From: a virus | Reading direction: 5' to 3' (one strand) | DNA: 64,000 nt | Virus record (IMG/VR): IMGVR_UViG_3300044712_002699 | Coordinates: 16,744-80,743 of that record | In this document: positions 41,402-51,013 of the stretch, piece by piece | How positions within the stretch are numbered: position 1 is the stretch's first letter | How the letters are laid out: the number at the start of each line of letters is the position of its first letter | Made by a program: the position numbers and the translations under genes | Notes under the pieces: model-generated | What the model saw: only the letters and a program-made list of their open reading frames with translations | Told to the model about the DNA's origin: nothing | The model's database searches: none

Positions 41402-41757
41402 CAGGAGTTCCTCCGGTCTTCAGTATAGGATTTTCTCAACACCACTTGCTGTCGCCACTTTTCAACTTCCTCTTCGAGACATGACGATCTATAACAACAC
41501 TTGAGCTGATCACAAAAGTCTTCAGCCTTTAAGTAACAGGTAGGATAACCGTTTTGTTTTTGGCTTTTTCTTATCTTGCTGACAGCCTGTCCTCGAAGAC
41601 ACTCGGGACAATAGCCTGAGGAGATATCTACTTGATCACGCTCTATCATCTCCCTTATATTCTCGGGAGTATCCTCACTCATTGTCCAGTATACCCCGCA
41701 CTTGATGCAACGATAAATAAAAGCTTCGGCTTCTTTAAGAACCGCTTGAGTTGACAA
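41401..41757 (-). CDS. Small Cys-rich (metal-binding) protein of a type common in Desulfobacterota
   Basis: CIKC...CPEC and IRKSQKQNGYPTCY...CDQLKCCYRSSCL. Family attribution is from memory. Confidence 0.6.
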   Translation of the reverse strand: MSTQAVLKEAEAFIYRCIKCGVYWTMSEDTPENIREMIERDQVDISSGYCPECLRGQAVSKIRKSQKQNGYPTCYLKAEDFCDQLKCCYRSSCLEEEVEKWRQQVVLRKSYTEDRRNS

Positions 41758-41773
41758 GGTCGTGTACCTCTGA

Positions 41774-42550
41774 TCATCCGATTAATTGCTGCTTCACCTG
41801 AAGGGTGTAACGAACCATCTTATCAAAGTCAGCGAACCTTTTGTTCCTAAGAAAAACACTACTATCTAACACAATCGTTAGGATTCTGTCAAGACCCCGG
41901 CAATTCACATGAAACTCTATTTGTTTCTCAATTTGTGTTTGAGCCATCCAATGCTCTACATATAAGATATAGTTATCTACGGAGAAGTCAACTTTCAAGT
42001 AAGCAAGATCGCCGAACTCGAATCTTATCTTATTCCATAAAAGACTCGCCTCGTCTCGCATTTCCAATTCAGATACCTTTTGCGCGTTCACACCCCGAGG
42101 CTCATCTCGTCTAATATATGAAACTATGGCAGGAATATGTGTAAATCCAAACTCAATACTGACGTTGGCGCGGTGAATCCCGTCTGAGATTTGAAAATGA
42201 CCACCGTCAGGATTTTGATGTAATCTTATAGGCGACAGAGGAATTCCAGATTCGATATCTCTGCGAACGCGCTCAGATTTGCCGCTGCTCCACGGCTTTT
42301 CCAGTTCAACTCTATCAAGAGGAAAAATCTCTAATTTATCTCGAGTCCAGTATCCGTAATCGCGCCAAGAAAGGTAGGCTTCCGCGGGGTCTTGTTTCTT
42401 AAGGAGAGATTTGTCGTATTGAGTTAATTGGTACTTATAGTACAACTTATTGTTATTACTACTTTCTGTACATGTACCAATTTTTCTCTTTTTTTCGCTT
42501 TGTTTCAACGCCTCTCGGCTTAATTTAATGATGGAACGCGCGGTTGTCAA
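41774..42550 (-). CDS. ParB/Sulfiredoxin-like N-terminal-domain protein with the shared leader
   Basis: PLSPIRL...FQISDGIHRANVSIEFGFTHIPAIV. Starts MTTARSIIKLSRE|A. Confidence 0.75.
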   Translation of the reverse strand: MTTARSIIKLSREALKQSEKKRKIGTCTESSNNNKLYYKYQLTQYDKSLLKKQDPAEAYLSWRDYGYWTRDKLEIFPLDRVELEKPWSSGKSERVRRDIESGIPLSPIRLHQNPDGGHFQISDGIHRANVSIEFGFTHIPAIVSYIRRDEPRGVNAQKVSELEMRDEASLLWNKIRFEFGDLAYLKVDFSVDNYILYVEHWMAQTQIEKQIEFHVNCRGLDRILTIVLDSSVFLRNKRFADFDKMVRYTLQVKQQLIG

Positions 42551-42560
42551 GGGGTTTGCC

Positions 42561-42965
42561 TCAAAAAAATGAAACTCTTTTTCCTCTCACAGAATTTTTG
42601 TAAGATTTGAGTATCTTAGAAATATCTCTAGCGTTTAGTATCATCCCTTTCCTTTTAGCCTTCTTAATTTCCTTATCAATTCTCTCGTCACTATCTTCTT
42701 TACCGTCTTGATTATCCGGTTCCGGGTATTTAGCACTAACAATTCCAATCTTCCCTTTCCGAAACGCGCCCCCGCCTACACCAGATGCAAGCGGTCGTCC
42801 TAGATTATTAAGACTAATACCGCCCCCAGGGGATACCGCGCTGGCATAGTTACTAGCGCCCATTCCACCTATACCGCCAGCCCCTATTCCGTTGCTGAGA
42901 CCCCCCATACCGTCTTCAGGCAGTTCTCTCTCAAGCAACTCGAGCAATTCTTTTGCTTTCGACAT
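42561..42965 (-). CDS. Gly-rich/basic hypothetical protein with the shared leader
   Basis: Starts MSKAKELLELLE. GGAG RBS. Confidence 0.65.
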   Translation of the reverse strand: MSKAKELLELLERELPEDGMGGLSNGIGAGGIGGMGASNYASAVSPGGGISLNNLGRPLASGVGGGAFRKGKIGIVSAKYPEPDNQDGKEDSDERIDKEIKKAKRKGMILNARDISKILKSYKNSVRGKRVSFF

Positions 42966-43158
42966 TTTTCTGTCTCCGCTCCACCCGTTTCAAAAACTCA
43001 ATCTTAATATGTCTAGTTAAAGATTCAACAACTTCTTCAAGGTTTTTACATTGTATCTTGCCTGCCCGAACCGGGAACCCGATGTTCCTCAAATACTGCT
43101 CGTAATCTTTTAAGAATGAATCAAGTATTTCACAGAATTCCTCATGAGATATTTCCAT
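42931..43158 (-). CDS. Small hypothetical protein downstream of the portal
   Basis: Start MEISHEE at 43158 with GAAAGGT RBS. Confidence 0.5.
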   Translation of the reverse strand: MEISHEEFCEILDSFLKDYEQYLRNIGFPVRAGKIQCKNLEEVVESLTRHIKIEFLKRVERRQKNVESKRIARVA

Positions 43159-43180
43159 TGTGCTACCTTTCTGTGTTTGT

Positions 43181-44830
43181 TCAGGGTTTGCCCCACTTCC
43201 TGGGAACCTGTGAAGATGATCTTCGTTTTGATGCACCCTCGTTCAATTCATCCCAAGCACTTTCTATGAGGTTCATAGCCTCTTCTCTTGCCCCCTTCGG
43301 GAGCGATTCTACTAGGTCTCGGATATGTGAATCTACGTCTTTCTTTTTCCTTTGCTCTTCAAAATCAGTAACTTTGAGAGGAGCCTCTGCTCCAGGAAAG
43401 TGTTTCAATTTACCGTAAACAAATTGGATCATCGCCAACGTATCGATATACTCTCCCGCGCCCTCCATCTCTTTCAGGGTTCCTATAAAGTTTGTGTAGT
43501 TTCCGAGGAGTGACACGAGAATGTCAAGAAACTCCAACCTCTCAATATTAGCAATAGAGACTATATTGGAGAAGGTTACGTCAATGTCACTTTTGACGGC
43601 ATCATTGTACCCGTGGAGGTAAAGTTCTATTAGGCCCAGATGTTTCAGTCCCTCCTTGAGACACGTCTGTACCGACTCAAGTTTCCTCAAATACCTCACG
43701 TAAGATTTCAACGACTCCATTGAAGTAGCACCAGTTTCTCCAAACACGTAGGACGGAGGAAGCCCGACACTCGTAACAATCTGGTTCCTCATATCAACGA
43801 TGTCATTGAGATCACCCATTTCAGGTGGATTGACCGGCATTTCCTCAACAGTTCCCTTATCACCTAAGATAGGGAGTACTTTATACTTACCGATATTGTT
43901 AACGACTTGATTTATATCGAGAGATGCTGTTGAGGTGACGCGTGTGTTAAGAAACCTTTCATATTCTCGACAAGCCGAAAGGGCTTGTTTGAGTTGCATT
44001 TGTTGGCCTAACCTTACACCAAGAACGGTATTCCTGTCAAGTTGTAAGAGGCGGCTCAGGGGGATCAAGCTCTCCATAAGAGCAAGGGCTTTTATCTTTT
44101 CAAGAGTTTGGAGAGGAAAAATAGACCTTCCCACCTTCATAGTTCCTCGAGTCAGATAGGAATGGTACTCAGATGGTATCACCCTCATCTTTTTTGGGTT
44201 CCTGAGGAACATAATAAAATCGCCTGGTGAAACCTGTCGGACTCCACCTCCAAATTGTCCCCACGATCCTCCCGTCTTTACGAGATATTTCACAATCTCT
44301 AAGTTCTGATACATTGGAACAATAGACCAAGGATTCATAAGTTCTTCTAGGGATTCAATCTGTTCAAGATTCGAGAAGATTTTAAGGGGGTATTCTCCAA
44401 ATAGAAGAAGGTCGGCGCATATTTCATTGATGAGTTGGTCTAAACAAAGCCGCGATTCCATACCCTTCAAAACCGCGTCGTATTTTTTATCATCTGAACT
44501 TATCTGAAAAATTTCTCCCGTTGCCTCGTTCGGGCTTAACACGTCATCTTTCATAATTTCAATGATCATGGTTGGAAGTGTATATTCTTCCAAGTCCATT
44601 AAGGCTCGGTATATCTGTTCCTTGTAGTTTCCTATCTGTACAAAACTAGTGTAAAGTCTTGCTATACCATCTCCGGAATCGCCTGATGCTAGAGACTGAG
44701 GGATAGTAGAACCAGCATCAGAGAATCCTGGCATTACAGTCCGGCCACTGGCTTTATTCTGCATTTGGGCGGCTCTATAATATTTTCCGCCTAAAAGTCT
44801 GGCACTTATATTCCATTCATAACTTGGCAC
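43181..44830 (-). CDS. Portal protein, T4 gp20-like
   Basis: 549 aa. YRALMDL...IIEIMKDD, LLLFGE, GRSIF...LALMESLIPLSRL, DI..MRNQI.TSVGLPPSY, YLRKLESVQ...LKHL..IELYLHG follow the gp20-family pattern. Lies near the terminase. Confidence 0.8.
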   Translation of the reverse strand: MPSYEWNISARLLGGKYYRAAQMQNKASGRTVMPGFSDAGSTIPQSLASGDSGDGIARLYTSFVQIGNYKEQIYRALMDLEEYTLPTMIIEIMKDDVLSPNEATGEIFQISSDDKKYDAVLKGMESRLCLDQLINEICADLLLFGEYPLKIFSNLEQIESLEELMNPWSIVPMYQNLEIVKYLVKTGGSWGQFGGGVRQVSPGDFIMFLRNPKKMRVIPSEYHSYLTRGTMKVGRSIFPLQTLEKIKALALMESLIPLSRLLQLDRNTVLGVRLGQQMQLKQALSACREYERFLNTRVTSTASLDINQVVNNIGKYKVLPILGDKGTVEEMPVNPPEMGDLNDIVDMRNQIVTSVGLPPSYVFGETGATSMESLKSYVRYLRKLESVQTCLKEGLKHLGLIELYLHGYNDAVKSDIDVTFSNIVSIANIERLEFLDILVSLLGNYTNFIGTLKEMEGAGEYIDTLAMIQFVYGKLKHFPGAEAPLKVTDFEEQRKKKDVDSHIRDLVESLPKGAREEAMNLIESAWDELNEGASKRRSSSQVPRKWGKP

Positions 44831-44942
44831 TTTATATTCCTTTTCTATTTCTTTGTAATAACTTTATTACTTAACCAAAATAAGTGTTGAGTTAGTGTTT
44901 TTTAGGCACTATTCCTTATGAAAGACAAGTATTAGGCTGAGT

Positions 44943-45785
44943 TTATAGTGCGAGAGAGATAAGTCTATCCTTGTTAAGGCTTCTTGCGCCAGGAACGAAA
45001 ACTAAATCCGGGTATCTCCCAAAGGTATAGGATCTATGACAGTTACCACACAAAACTACACACTTATTTAATTCCGGAATAAGGTTCTCGAATGAGAGGC
45101 TTCGGCGGTTGGTGATAGTAAAACTTTTTGTAGATGGATCGACGTGATGAAATTCGTACCTCGGGAGGTCTACGTGAACCCGCCCACAAATTTCACATTT
45201 TCCGCCTAGGTATTCCACGCATTTCCACTTTCGGGCATCTAACCTCTTATCTCTTACTAAGTTATCGTGGTGTTTATTAGGTTTTGACCTCATAGTTTGT
45301 TGGGTCAAGACATTATGACATTCAGTACATAGAAGAATACACTTCCTCATTTCAGGAATAGCTTCAGTCTCCCAATTCTTATGCATCATATTAGTTATCT
45401 GACTGTCTTTTTCCTCCGGGTTTCTGTGATGACAATGGTATACCTCGTACCAATCTGTTTCTAGTCCGCACAGTTCACACTTTGCTCCCATATACAAGAC
45501 TACTTTCCTAGCAAATTCCCAATAGATTTCCCTTTTCCCGGCTGCTATCCGATCCCTATTTTCGACCCGATACTGCTTTTTCTGTCGGTGTATCTGGTCA
45601 TAGTTATCTTGGCGGTATTGTACACTGTATATCCTTGCTTCCTCTTTATGCTTATCCCGATATACCTTATCGCAAGATTTACATTTGTTCTGGTAACCGT
45701 CGGGTGACCTTCGCAAGATAGCATATTCACTTAGCGGCTTAACTTGTTTACAAATATTACATCTCTTCGAGTTTACTTCTGTCAT
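44943..45785 (-). CDS. HNH-type homing endonuclease with two tandem HNH-like modules; paralog of 27796..28881
   Basis: CELCGLETDWYEVYHCHHRNPEEK...KCILLCTECH and CEICG...EFHHVDPSTK...KCVVLCGNCH. Confidence 0.8.
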   Translation of the reverse strand: MTEVNSKRCNICKQVKPLSEYAILRRSPDGYQNKCKSCDKVYRDKHKEEARIYSVQYRQDNYDQIHRQKKQYRVENRDRIAAGKREIYWEFARKVVLYMGAKCELCGLETDWYEVYHCHHRNPEEKDSQITNMMHKNWETEAIPEMRKCILLCTECHNVLTQQTMRSKPNKHHDNLVRDKRLDARKWKCVEYLGGKCEICGRVHVDLPRYEFHHVDPSTKSFTITNRRSLSFENLIPELNKCVVLCGNCHRSYTFGRYPDLVFVPGARSLNKDRLISLAL

Positions 45786-45976
45786 TCCACCTCTCCTACA
45801 ATCATACCTCTAATCCTCTCTACTTCATCCCTAGAAATCATATACTTTCCTCGTTTACTGAGAGTTCTGCCCGCCTTAATCTTACCCTCCGTGATCCAAC
45901 GACGGATCGTAGATTCATGCAGACTTAATTCCTCTGCTACTTCTTTTGTAGTCAAGAACTTCTTCTCTCCGCTCAT
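45782..45976 (-). CDS. Excisionase/MerR-type (HTH_17) DNA-binding protein
   Basis: FLTTKEVAEELSLHESTIRRWITEGKIKA...YMISRDEVE. ATG at 45976; ATGA overlap with the HNH gene. Confidence 0.85.
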   Translation of the reverse strand: MSGEKKFLTTKEVAEELSLHESTIRRWITEGKIKAGRTLSKRGKYMISRDEVERIRGMIVGEVE

Positions 45977-46074
45977 TGCACTTCCTTCCAGAAACTCATT
46001 TCTTAGAAGAAAGACGACTTTTGGTTGACAAATTTTTGATGTGTACCATCTTATCTTCAAACAGAGGAGTAGAG

Positions 46075-46479
46075 ATGACACTACAAGAAACCCTACAAAA
46101 TGATATGAGGTCGGCTGAGGCAGGAAGAAGAAAAGAAGCCCTTAAGTTGGCCGTATCAGAGATGCAACGAGAGCCTCAAAAAATTGTTACGGACGAGCGA
46201 GTCGTTAAAATTCTCAACAAACTCATTGTGAGTGAACGTGAAATGTTAAAGGCACTGGCAGAAAGAAACGGCACAGTTTTTGTGGACAGTACCTTCATTA
46301 CTACCCTAGAGTCTTATTTGCCAAAGGAAGTGAGCGAAGAAGAAGTTCGGGCATGGGTTCAAGCCAATATAGACCTCTCAACGTTCAAGAATCGTATGCA
46401 GGCTATGAAACCTGTGATGGCACAATTTACGGGTCGGATCGATGGGAACAAAGTCAAAGCAATCTTAGAGAATTTGTAA
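46075..46479 (+). CDS. GatB/YqeY domain protein
   Basis: LQETLQNDMRSA...DERVVKILNKLI...LESYLPKEVSEEEV...MQAMKPVM...GRIDGNKVKAIL. GAGGAG RBS and an upstream TTGACA at 46025. Confidence 0.88.
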   Translation: MTLQETLQNDMRSAEAGRRKEALKLAVSEMQREPQKIVTDERVVKILNKLIVSEREMLKALAERNGTVFVDSTFITTLESYLPKEVSEEEVRAWVQANIDLSTFKNRMQAMKPVMAQFTGRIDGNKVKAILENL

Positions 46480-46482
46480 TAA

Positions 46483-47016
46483 CTACCGCGGCAGCATTTT
46501 AGAAGATGATCTAATTGTAGTCTCTCCTAAAATTCTTTCCATTTCTCTCGGTGATAACCAACTCTTAAATGCTCCGGGATGTTTTTCCCATCTATCAGGA
46601 AAATCAAGTCCTCGCCACGATTTATGCGATTTTACGCGTTGGATTAGCTTATGAATTACTTCAGCAGGATTAGAAGTATAGGAGGATTCGTCAATTTTAA
46701 TTGAATAGTGTCCTTCTAGTTGGTGTTGAGTCATACTAAAAGCAGCAATTTTGAGACTAGGTAACAACATATAAGTATCTCTGTCAGGCGCATGTGTTGA
46801 TTCGCCATACAGGTGAAGGTCAAAGACGTGTCCAGGATACTCTTGCCAACCAAGGTGGGGTCCTCCAAACACACTCTTTCCCTCTGCTACAATATGAAAG
46901 GGGTGTTCTGACGTTACATAGAGTTTGAACCCCCACGCATCCCACTCTTTCTCTTGATCTGATCGCTTTCTAAATATGTCGAGAACTGACTCAATGACTT
47001 TATTCGCGGTTATCAT
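46483..47016 (-). CDS. Hypothetical protein with the shared leader
   Basis: Starts MITANKVIE|S. Confidence 0.65.
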   Translation of the reverse strand: MITANKVIESVLDIFRKRSDQEKEWDAWGFKLYVTSEHPFHIVAEGKSVFGGPHLGWQEYPGHVFDLHLYGESTHAPDRDTYMLLPSLKIAAFSMTQHQLEGHYSIKIDESSYTSNPAEVIHKLIQRVKSHKSWRGLDFPDRWEKHPGAFKSWLSPREMERILGETTIRSSSKMLPR

Positions 47017-47317
47017 AAGAGAAACCTTCCTTAAGTGAGGTGACGTCCCTTGCCTGAAGTATCTTTCTCGACACGTCCGAGAAAAGATTAGCCTTATCCA
47101 CGTCTCCTTGAGTCATATAAGCCCAGGCTTTCATAACATAGCGAGAATATTCTTTTTGGAGAATTGAGATTGCTTTGTTTTTGTTCCCATCAGCAGCATC
47201 AAGTGCCCATTCAGTGATTTGCTCAGGAGAGGCAGCAACCCAATCAGGGGTTTCTTCCTCTTTCTTCTTTTTTTTCTTTACCTCGGAAAGTTCCAAGAAT
47301 GCTGACGCCTTTGACAT
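47000..47317 (-). CDS. Hypothetical protein with the shared leader and a poly-Lys stretch
   Basis: MSKASAFLELSE|VKKKKKKEE. Confidence 0.65.
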   Translation of the reverse strand: MSKASAFLELSEVKKKKKKEEETPDWVAASPEQITEWALDAADGNKNKAISILQKEYSRYVMKAWAYMTQGDVDKANLFSDVSRKILQARDVTSLKEGFSYDNRE

Positions 47318-47372
47318 CTTACTTCACCTGCTTATCTTTTTAGAAAGACGTTAATGTCACGAGGAAACCCCA

Positions 47373-47945
47373 ATGAGTGACCCAATAGTAATTCCTGTCG
47401 TTGGAGTTATCGACGATGAAATGGCTAAAGTCATCATAGAGAAACTTTATACCTGTCTTCTAACGAAAAAGAATGTTCATATCCCAATATATTCCCCGGG
47501 CGGAGACGGTGACCAGATTTTCGGGGCAATAAGTCTCATTAGAGAAATGGAGCAGCATCATCTTATAGTCACCACAATCAACGTCGGATACGCCTTCAGT
47601 GCTGCTGCAATGCTCCTAATCGGAGGAACTGTGGGCCATAGATATGGTTTACCTGGCTCAGATATTATGATTCACCGAGGAACTTGGAGAATTGAAGTCA
47701 CCGGAGACACCGCTGATACAGTCTTTGATTACAGTGCTCGAGCGAAGCAAAAATTTGAAGATTTCTATACCTCAATAAACGGAGACCGAAAGAAAATCCT
47801 GAAATGGTTACGGAAAGATACCTATTTTACGACTGATAAAGCCCTGGAAGAGGGTTTAATAGATCAAGTCGGGTCTCCTTCGACAAACCCCCGAGCCGTG
47901 AGCCAGTTGGGTAGGTCTTCCAAGAACTCATCCAAAGACTCATAA
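47373..47945 (+). CDS. clpP: ClpP-like serine protease
   Basis: IYSPGG, GYAFSAAA (catalytic Ser), IMIH (His), RKDTYFTTDKALEEGLIDQV (Asp). Confidence 0.88.
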   Translation: MSDPIVIPVVGVIDDEMAKVIIEKLYTCLLTKKNVHIPIYSPGGDGDQIFGAISLIREMEQHHLIVTTINVGYAFSAAAMLLIGGTVGHRYGLPGSDIMIHRGTWRIEVTGDTADTVFDYSARAKQKFEDFYTSINGDRKKILKWLRKDTYFTTDKALEEGLIDQVGSPSTNPRAVSQLGRSSKNSSKDS

Positions 47946-48202
47946 CCCGTGGGACGACCTGTTATAATTCCAAGCCTTGGGTTAACGGCCCCTATTGAGT
48001 AGAACCCATTGTGTTCGTCTACAACGAGGGTACCTCCCTTAGGTGTCAAAAAACCGACCGCAGTCGCCATATTTGTAGGTAAATTGGGCACCGGTTCTGG
48101 AATCCGAGACACGCCAAACTTGTTGAGAGTAGCCTCTATTCTAGGATCCAAACTAGGCCCCATCGATTCATTCAATAGGCACTGAACGTCAATTGCTTTC
48201 AC
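47864..48202 (-). CDS. Hypothetical protein with a possible leader (LLNE|S)
   Basis: 112 aa, coupled to the speE stop. Overlaps the clpP 3' end convergently. Confidence 0.5.
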   Translation of the reverse strand: MKAIDVQCLLNESMGPSLDPRIEATLNKFGVSRIPEPVPNLPTNMATAVGFLTPKGGTLVVDEHNGFYSIGAVNPRLGIITGRPTGYESLDEFLEDLPNWLTARGFVEGDPT

Positions 48203-49038
48203 TTCGTCCTCAATAAGTCCTCCACAAATACTGGCACGGCAAGAGCCGCTTTGTGGACATCTTTGGTATAGTATTTAAGACCCTCAGGAAGTTTACGCTC
48301 CATAAGATAATAGGGATCCGCTTCCTCTGAACAAATTGTTGCTGTCCAATAACCGCTAGGATAACTCGGTGTGGGAAAAAACATTGGTTGGGCCGTGTAA
48401 GAAAAAACATTACTCAGTGACTTAACAGTTGCCCCGAAAATACCTGGCATAAATAGTGGCGACTCGGTCTGAAAAACGGCTGCTCCATACTCGGCTAGAC
48501 TGTTCTTAACTGTTACAAAGAACTCTTCTGTAAATAAAGAAGCTCCAGGACCCACTGGATCGGTAGAATCCACAATAACAAGGTCATAAACTCCCACAGC
48601 CCTCTGCAGAAAATAAGCCCCGTCTTCATTCACAACTTTGACTCGATCATCGTCTAATCCGCTGGAAATTTCAGGGAAGAACTCTCGACCGATCCTCACG
48701 ACTTCAGGATCAATTTCACAAAGAACTATTGATTCTATCTCCGGGTATTTGACCAGTTCTGTCACAATACCCCCGTCCCCGCCACCGATAACTGCCACAT
48801 CTTGAACTCTGCTAGATACGCTCATCGCTGGGTGGACCATCATCTCGTGATAGATAAATGAATCGTTACACACCATAAAACAGCCGCCTAGGATAAGTAC
48901 TCGACCTAAGGATACGCTGTCATAAACTTCAATTCTCTGAAACTCACTTCGAGTGTCGTAAATTTTACTGTGATAGCGAAAAGAAAAAGCAGTAGAGGCG
49001 TCATAAATTTCAGTAAACCAGTTCTCGTTTGAAAGCAT
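48199..49038 (-). CDS. speE: Spermidine synthase (polyamine aminopropyltransferase)
   Basis: SEFQRIEV, IYHEMMVH, VIGGGDGG, CEIDPEVV, IVDSTDPVGPGASLF, PSYPSGYW. Confidence 0.95.
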   Translation of the reverse strand: MLSNENWFTEIYDASTAFSFRYHSKIYDTRSEFQRIEVYDSVSLGRVLILGGCFMVCNDSFIYHEMMVHPAMSVSSRVQDVAVIGGGDGGIVTELVKYPEIESIVLCEIDPEVVRIGREFFPEISSGLDDDRVKVVNEDGAYFLQRAVGVYDLVIVDSTDPVGPGASLFTEEFFVTVKNSLAEYGAAVFQTESPLFMPGIFGATVKSLSNVFSYTAQPMFFPTPSYPSGYWTATICSEEADPYYLMERKLPEGLKYYTKDVHKAALAVPVFVEDLLRTK

Positions 49039-49063
49039 TAATATTTTCCTTTCTTATGAGAGA

Positions 49064-50995
49064 TTACACGCCTAACATATCGCCAAACCTATTTTCAAAT
49101 TGGAACAATTTGTCATACTCGTCCTCACCAAAGACTGTGCGCTGAGGTAATTTTTGGGACTCCATCTGAGTGGAAAAGTATTCAAAAGCATTTTGTTTGT
49201 AAAGTTCCATCAACGTAAAATATACTCCGGCACACGCATCAGCAATGTCTTTTCCAACACTACCCTCGTCGGGGTGATCAATTTTCTTTCCGGTATCCCT
49301 AAGGTTTTCAAGTTCCTTGTAAAGAATCGGATGACCTGGAAGCTCCGTCCTCTCTTCATAGATAGAGTTTTTGAACGAAATATAAGGTAGTTTAGTCTTA
49401 TCGAGAGATACCTCTTTTATTTCAAAGCCCACTCTCTTCATTAGCTGAAGCATATCTGTGCTCTGATAACTATCTGCCTGAATTATACCTATGGGAAAAC
49501 CCATACGAGCCAGGTCAAGAATAAGTTTTCTGACCTTAAAAAACGGTATCTGAAAAGAGCTTCCTCTTAAAATGCCCAACGCAAGTTCTATCCTAACCAC
49601 AGGTTCGGTAACAATGGCCTGCCCAGTAAGCTCCATTTGAACCGGGTCTCCCCGAACAATTTCCTTCAATCCGCAGATACACCCCATAGCAAAGCCAAAC
49701 GCATCATGTGTTCGTGACATATCAAGATGGATAACTCTCTTTGCCATTGGGTTCTTATGAAGATAAGTCAGAAGATAGTCCTCTTGTATATAATCCAGTA
49801 GTTGGTCATCATCATCAAAAGAAAGCTTCAAATAATCTCCCCGGCAAACATTGACGACCTTTCTCATAGCAGTCTTTACTAGTTCCGTATTAGGAAAGAA
49901 CTTGAACTTTGAAGTTGTTGAGACGCCAGCAAGGTCTCGGATAGCCATACCGATATCTGTCTCAAAGACATCCCTGTGTTCTATGGGAACATCTATCACT
50001 AGACTATCATCATACCTTAGAAGCTCATCGGGGCGCTTGATAATTACAGGTTCTTGGGTTTGATTTCCAACGAAAACTTGAAATGTCTCTCCACAGTAAA
50101 CTCTCTTTCCGTTGGGTTTAACCACATCCTTTTTAACATCAAAAATACAAGCATCAATAATAAGACTTGTCTCGACATTCTTCTTTCGGATAGTTTCGAT
50201 TCGAGTCTCAAGGAAGTCAGATTCGTCTCTCTTAGATGAAACTAGGAATATCTGGCCCGGAAGATTCCCGCCAACTTTTCCTTCTTCTTGAGCTTCTTGA
50301 AAACGAGATGAAAGTCGGCCTCTAATAGAATTGTAAATCTCGTATACCTTTTGGGCACCGCTCTTTATTGTCTTATTGAAACTCGTTTCATCGAGAATAG
50401 CCCCGAAAACGGCTCGACCCAAGGTATGTTCGACCTTAGATGCCATACAAAGCCCAACATTATTCGGGAGTACAATCTCGACTTCTTCAGGTCGCTTATT
50501 CTTAGGAACCTTTTCTGTTGCGTTGATGCTCTGAAAATATTCAGAAGCAGAAAGCATATTGTTAATGTATTTCCATAAGACGTCAACAACCAAATCGAGA
50601 GTGATGTTAACGAGCAAGAACTTTATATCTACCGCGTTACTCAAACCATAGGTTCTATGGGGATTGTCCAGCAGGCTAACCCGATACATCGAATAGATAG
50701 TGCTCACCACTGCAAACGTGGTTTTACCAGTTCCGATAGAGCCCGTTACAAGACATTCATTATATTGAGACGGTACTAGGGGATGAGGATATAGTTTTTT
50801 AAGCCATTTTTTCCAGTAGGGGTAGAATCCGCCTACGTCTTCGAAGGAGTTGGCAAGAAAATATGGATCGTCAAGGAATGTTATAATATCTACTGGGGCT
50901 TCAATATACCCTTCAAGCTCTGCCCACAGCTGCTCTTTCTCCGCCTTATTCATCGACTTGAGCATTCTGTCAAGTTCATTATCTATTTTAATCAT
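49064..50995 (-). CDS. terL: Terminase large subunit
   Basis: Walker A TGSIGTGKT, Walker B AILDE, LVSS motif III, nuclease IHLDMS...D, DSYQS, KIDHP...KDIADA. Confidence 0.9.
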   Translation of the reverse strand: MIKIDNELDRMLKSMNKAEKEQLWAELEGYIEAPVDIITFLDDPYFLANSFEDVGGFYPYWKKWLKKLYPHPLVPSQYNECLVTGSIGTGKTTFAVVSTIYSMYRVSLLDNPHRTYGLSNAVDIKFLLVNITLDLVVDVLWKYINNMLSASEYFQSINATEKVPKNKRPEEVEIVLPNNVGLCMASKVEHTLGRAVFGAILDETSFNKTIKSGAQKVYEIYNSIRGRLSSRFQEAQEEGKVGGNLPGQIFLVSSKRDESDFLETRIETIRKKNVETSLIIDACIFDVKKDVVKPNGKRVYCGETFQVFVGNQTQEPVIIKRPDELLRYDDSLVIDVPIEHRDVFETDIGMAIRDLAGVSTTSKFKFFPNTELVKTAMRKVVNVCRGDYLKLSFDDDDQLLDYIQEDYLLTYLHKNPMAKRVIHLDMSRTHDAFGFAMGCICGLKEIVRGDPVQMELTGQAIVTEPVVRIELALGILRGSSFQIPFFKVRKLILDLARMGFPIGIIQADSYQSTDMLQLMKRVGFEIKEVSLDKTKLPYISFKNSIYEERTELPGHPILYKELENLRDTGKKIDHPDEGSVGKDIADACAGVYFTLMELYKQNAFEYFSTQMESQKLPQRTVFGEDEYDKLFQFENRFGDMLGV

Positions 50996-51013
50996 GACAC
51001 ACTTTCGGTATTG

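Noticed and set aside
47373-47945. ClpP as the prohead maturation protease that cleaves the leaders
   Set aside because: It is on the opposite strand from the head genes, and Glu-specific cleavage fits a gp21-type protease, which is not seen in this window. It cannot be excluded, but nothing here supports it.
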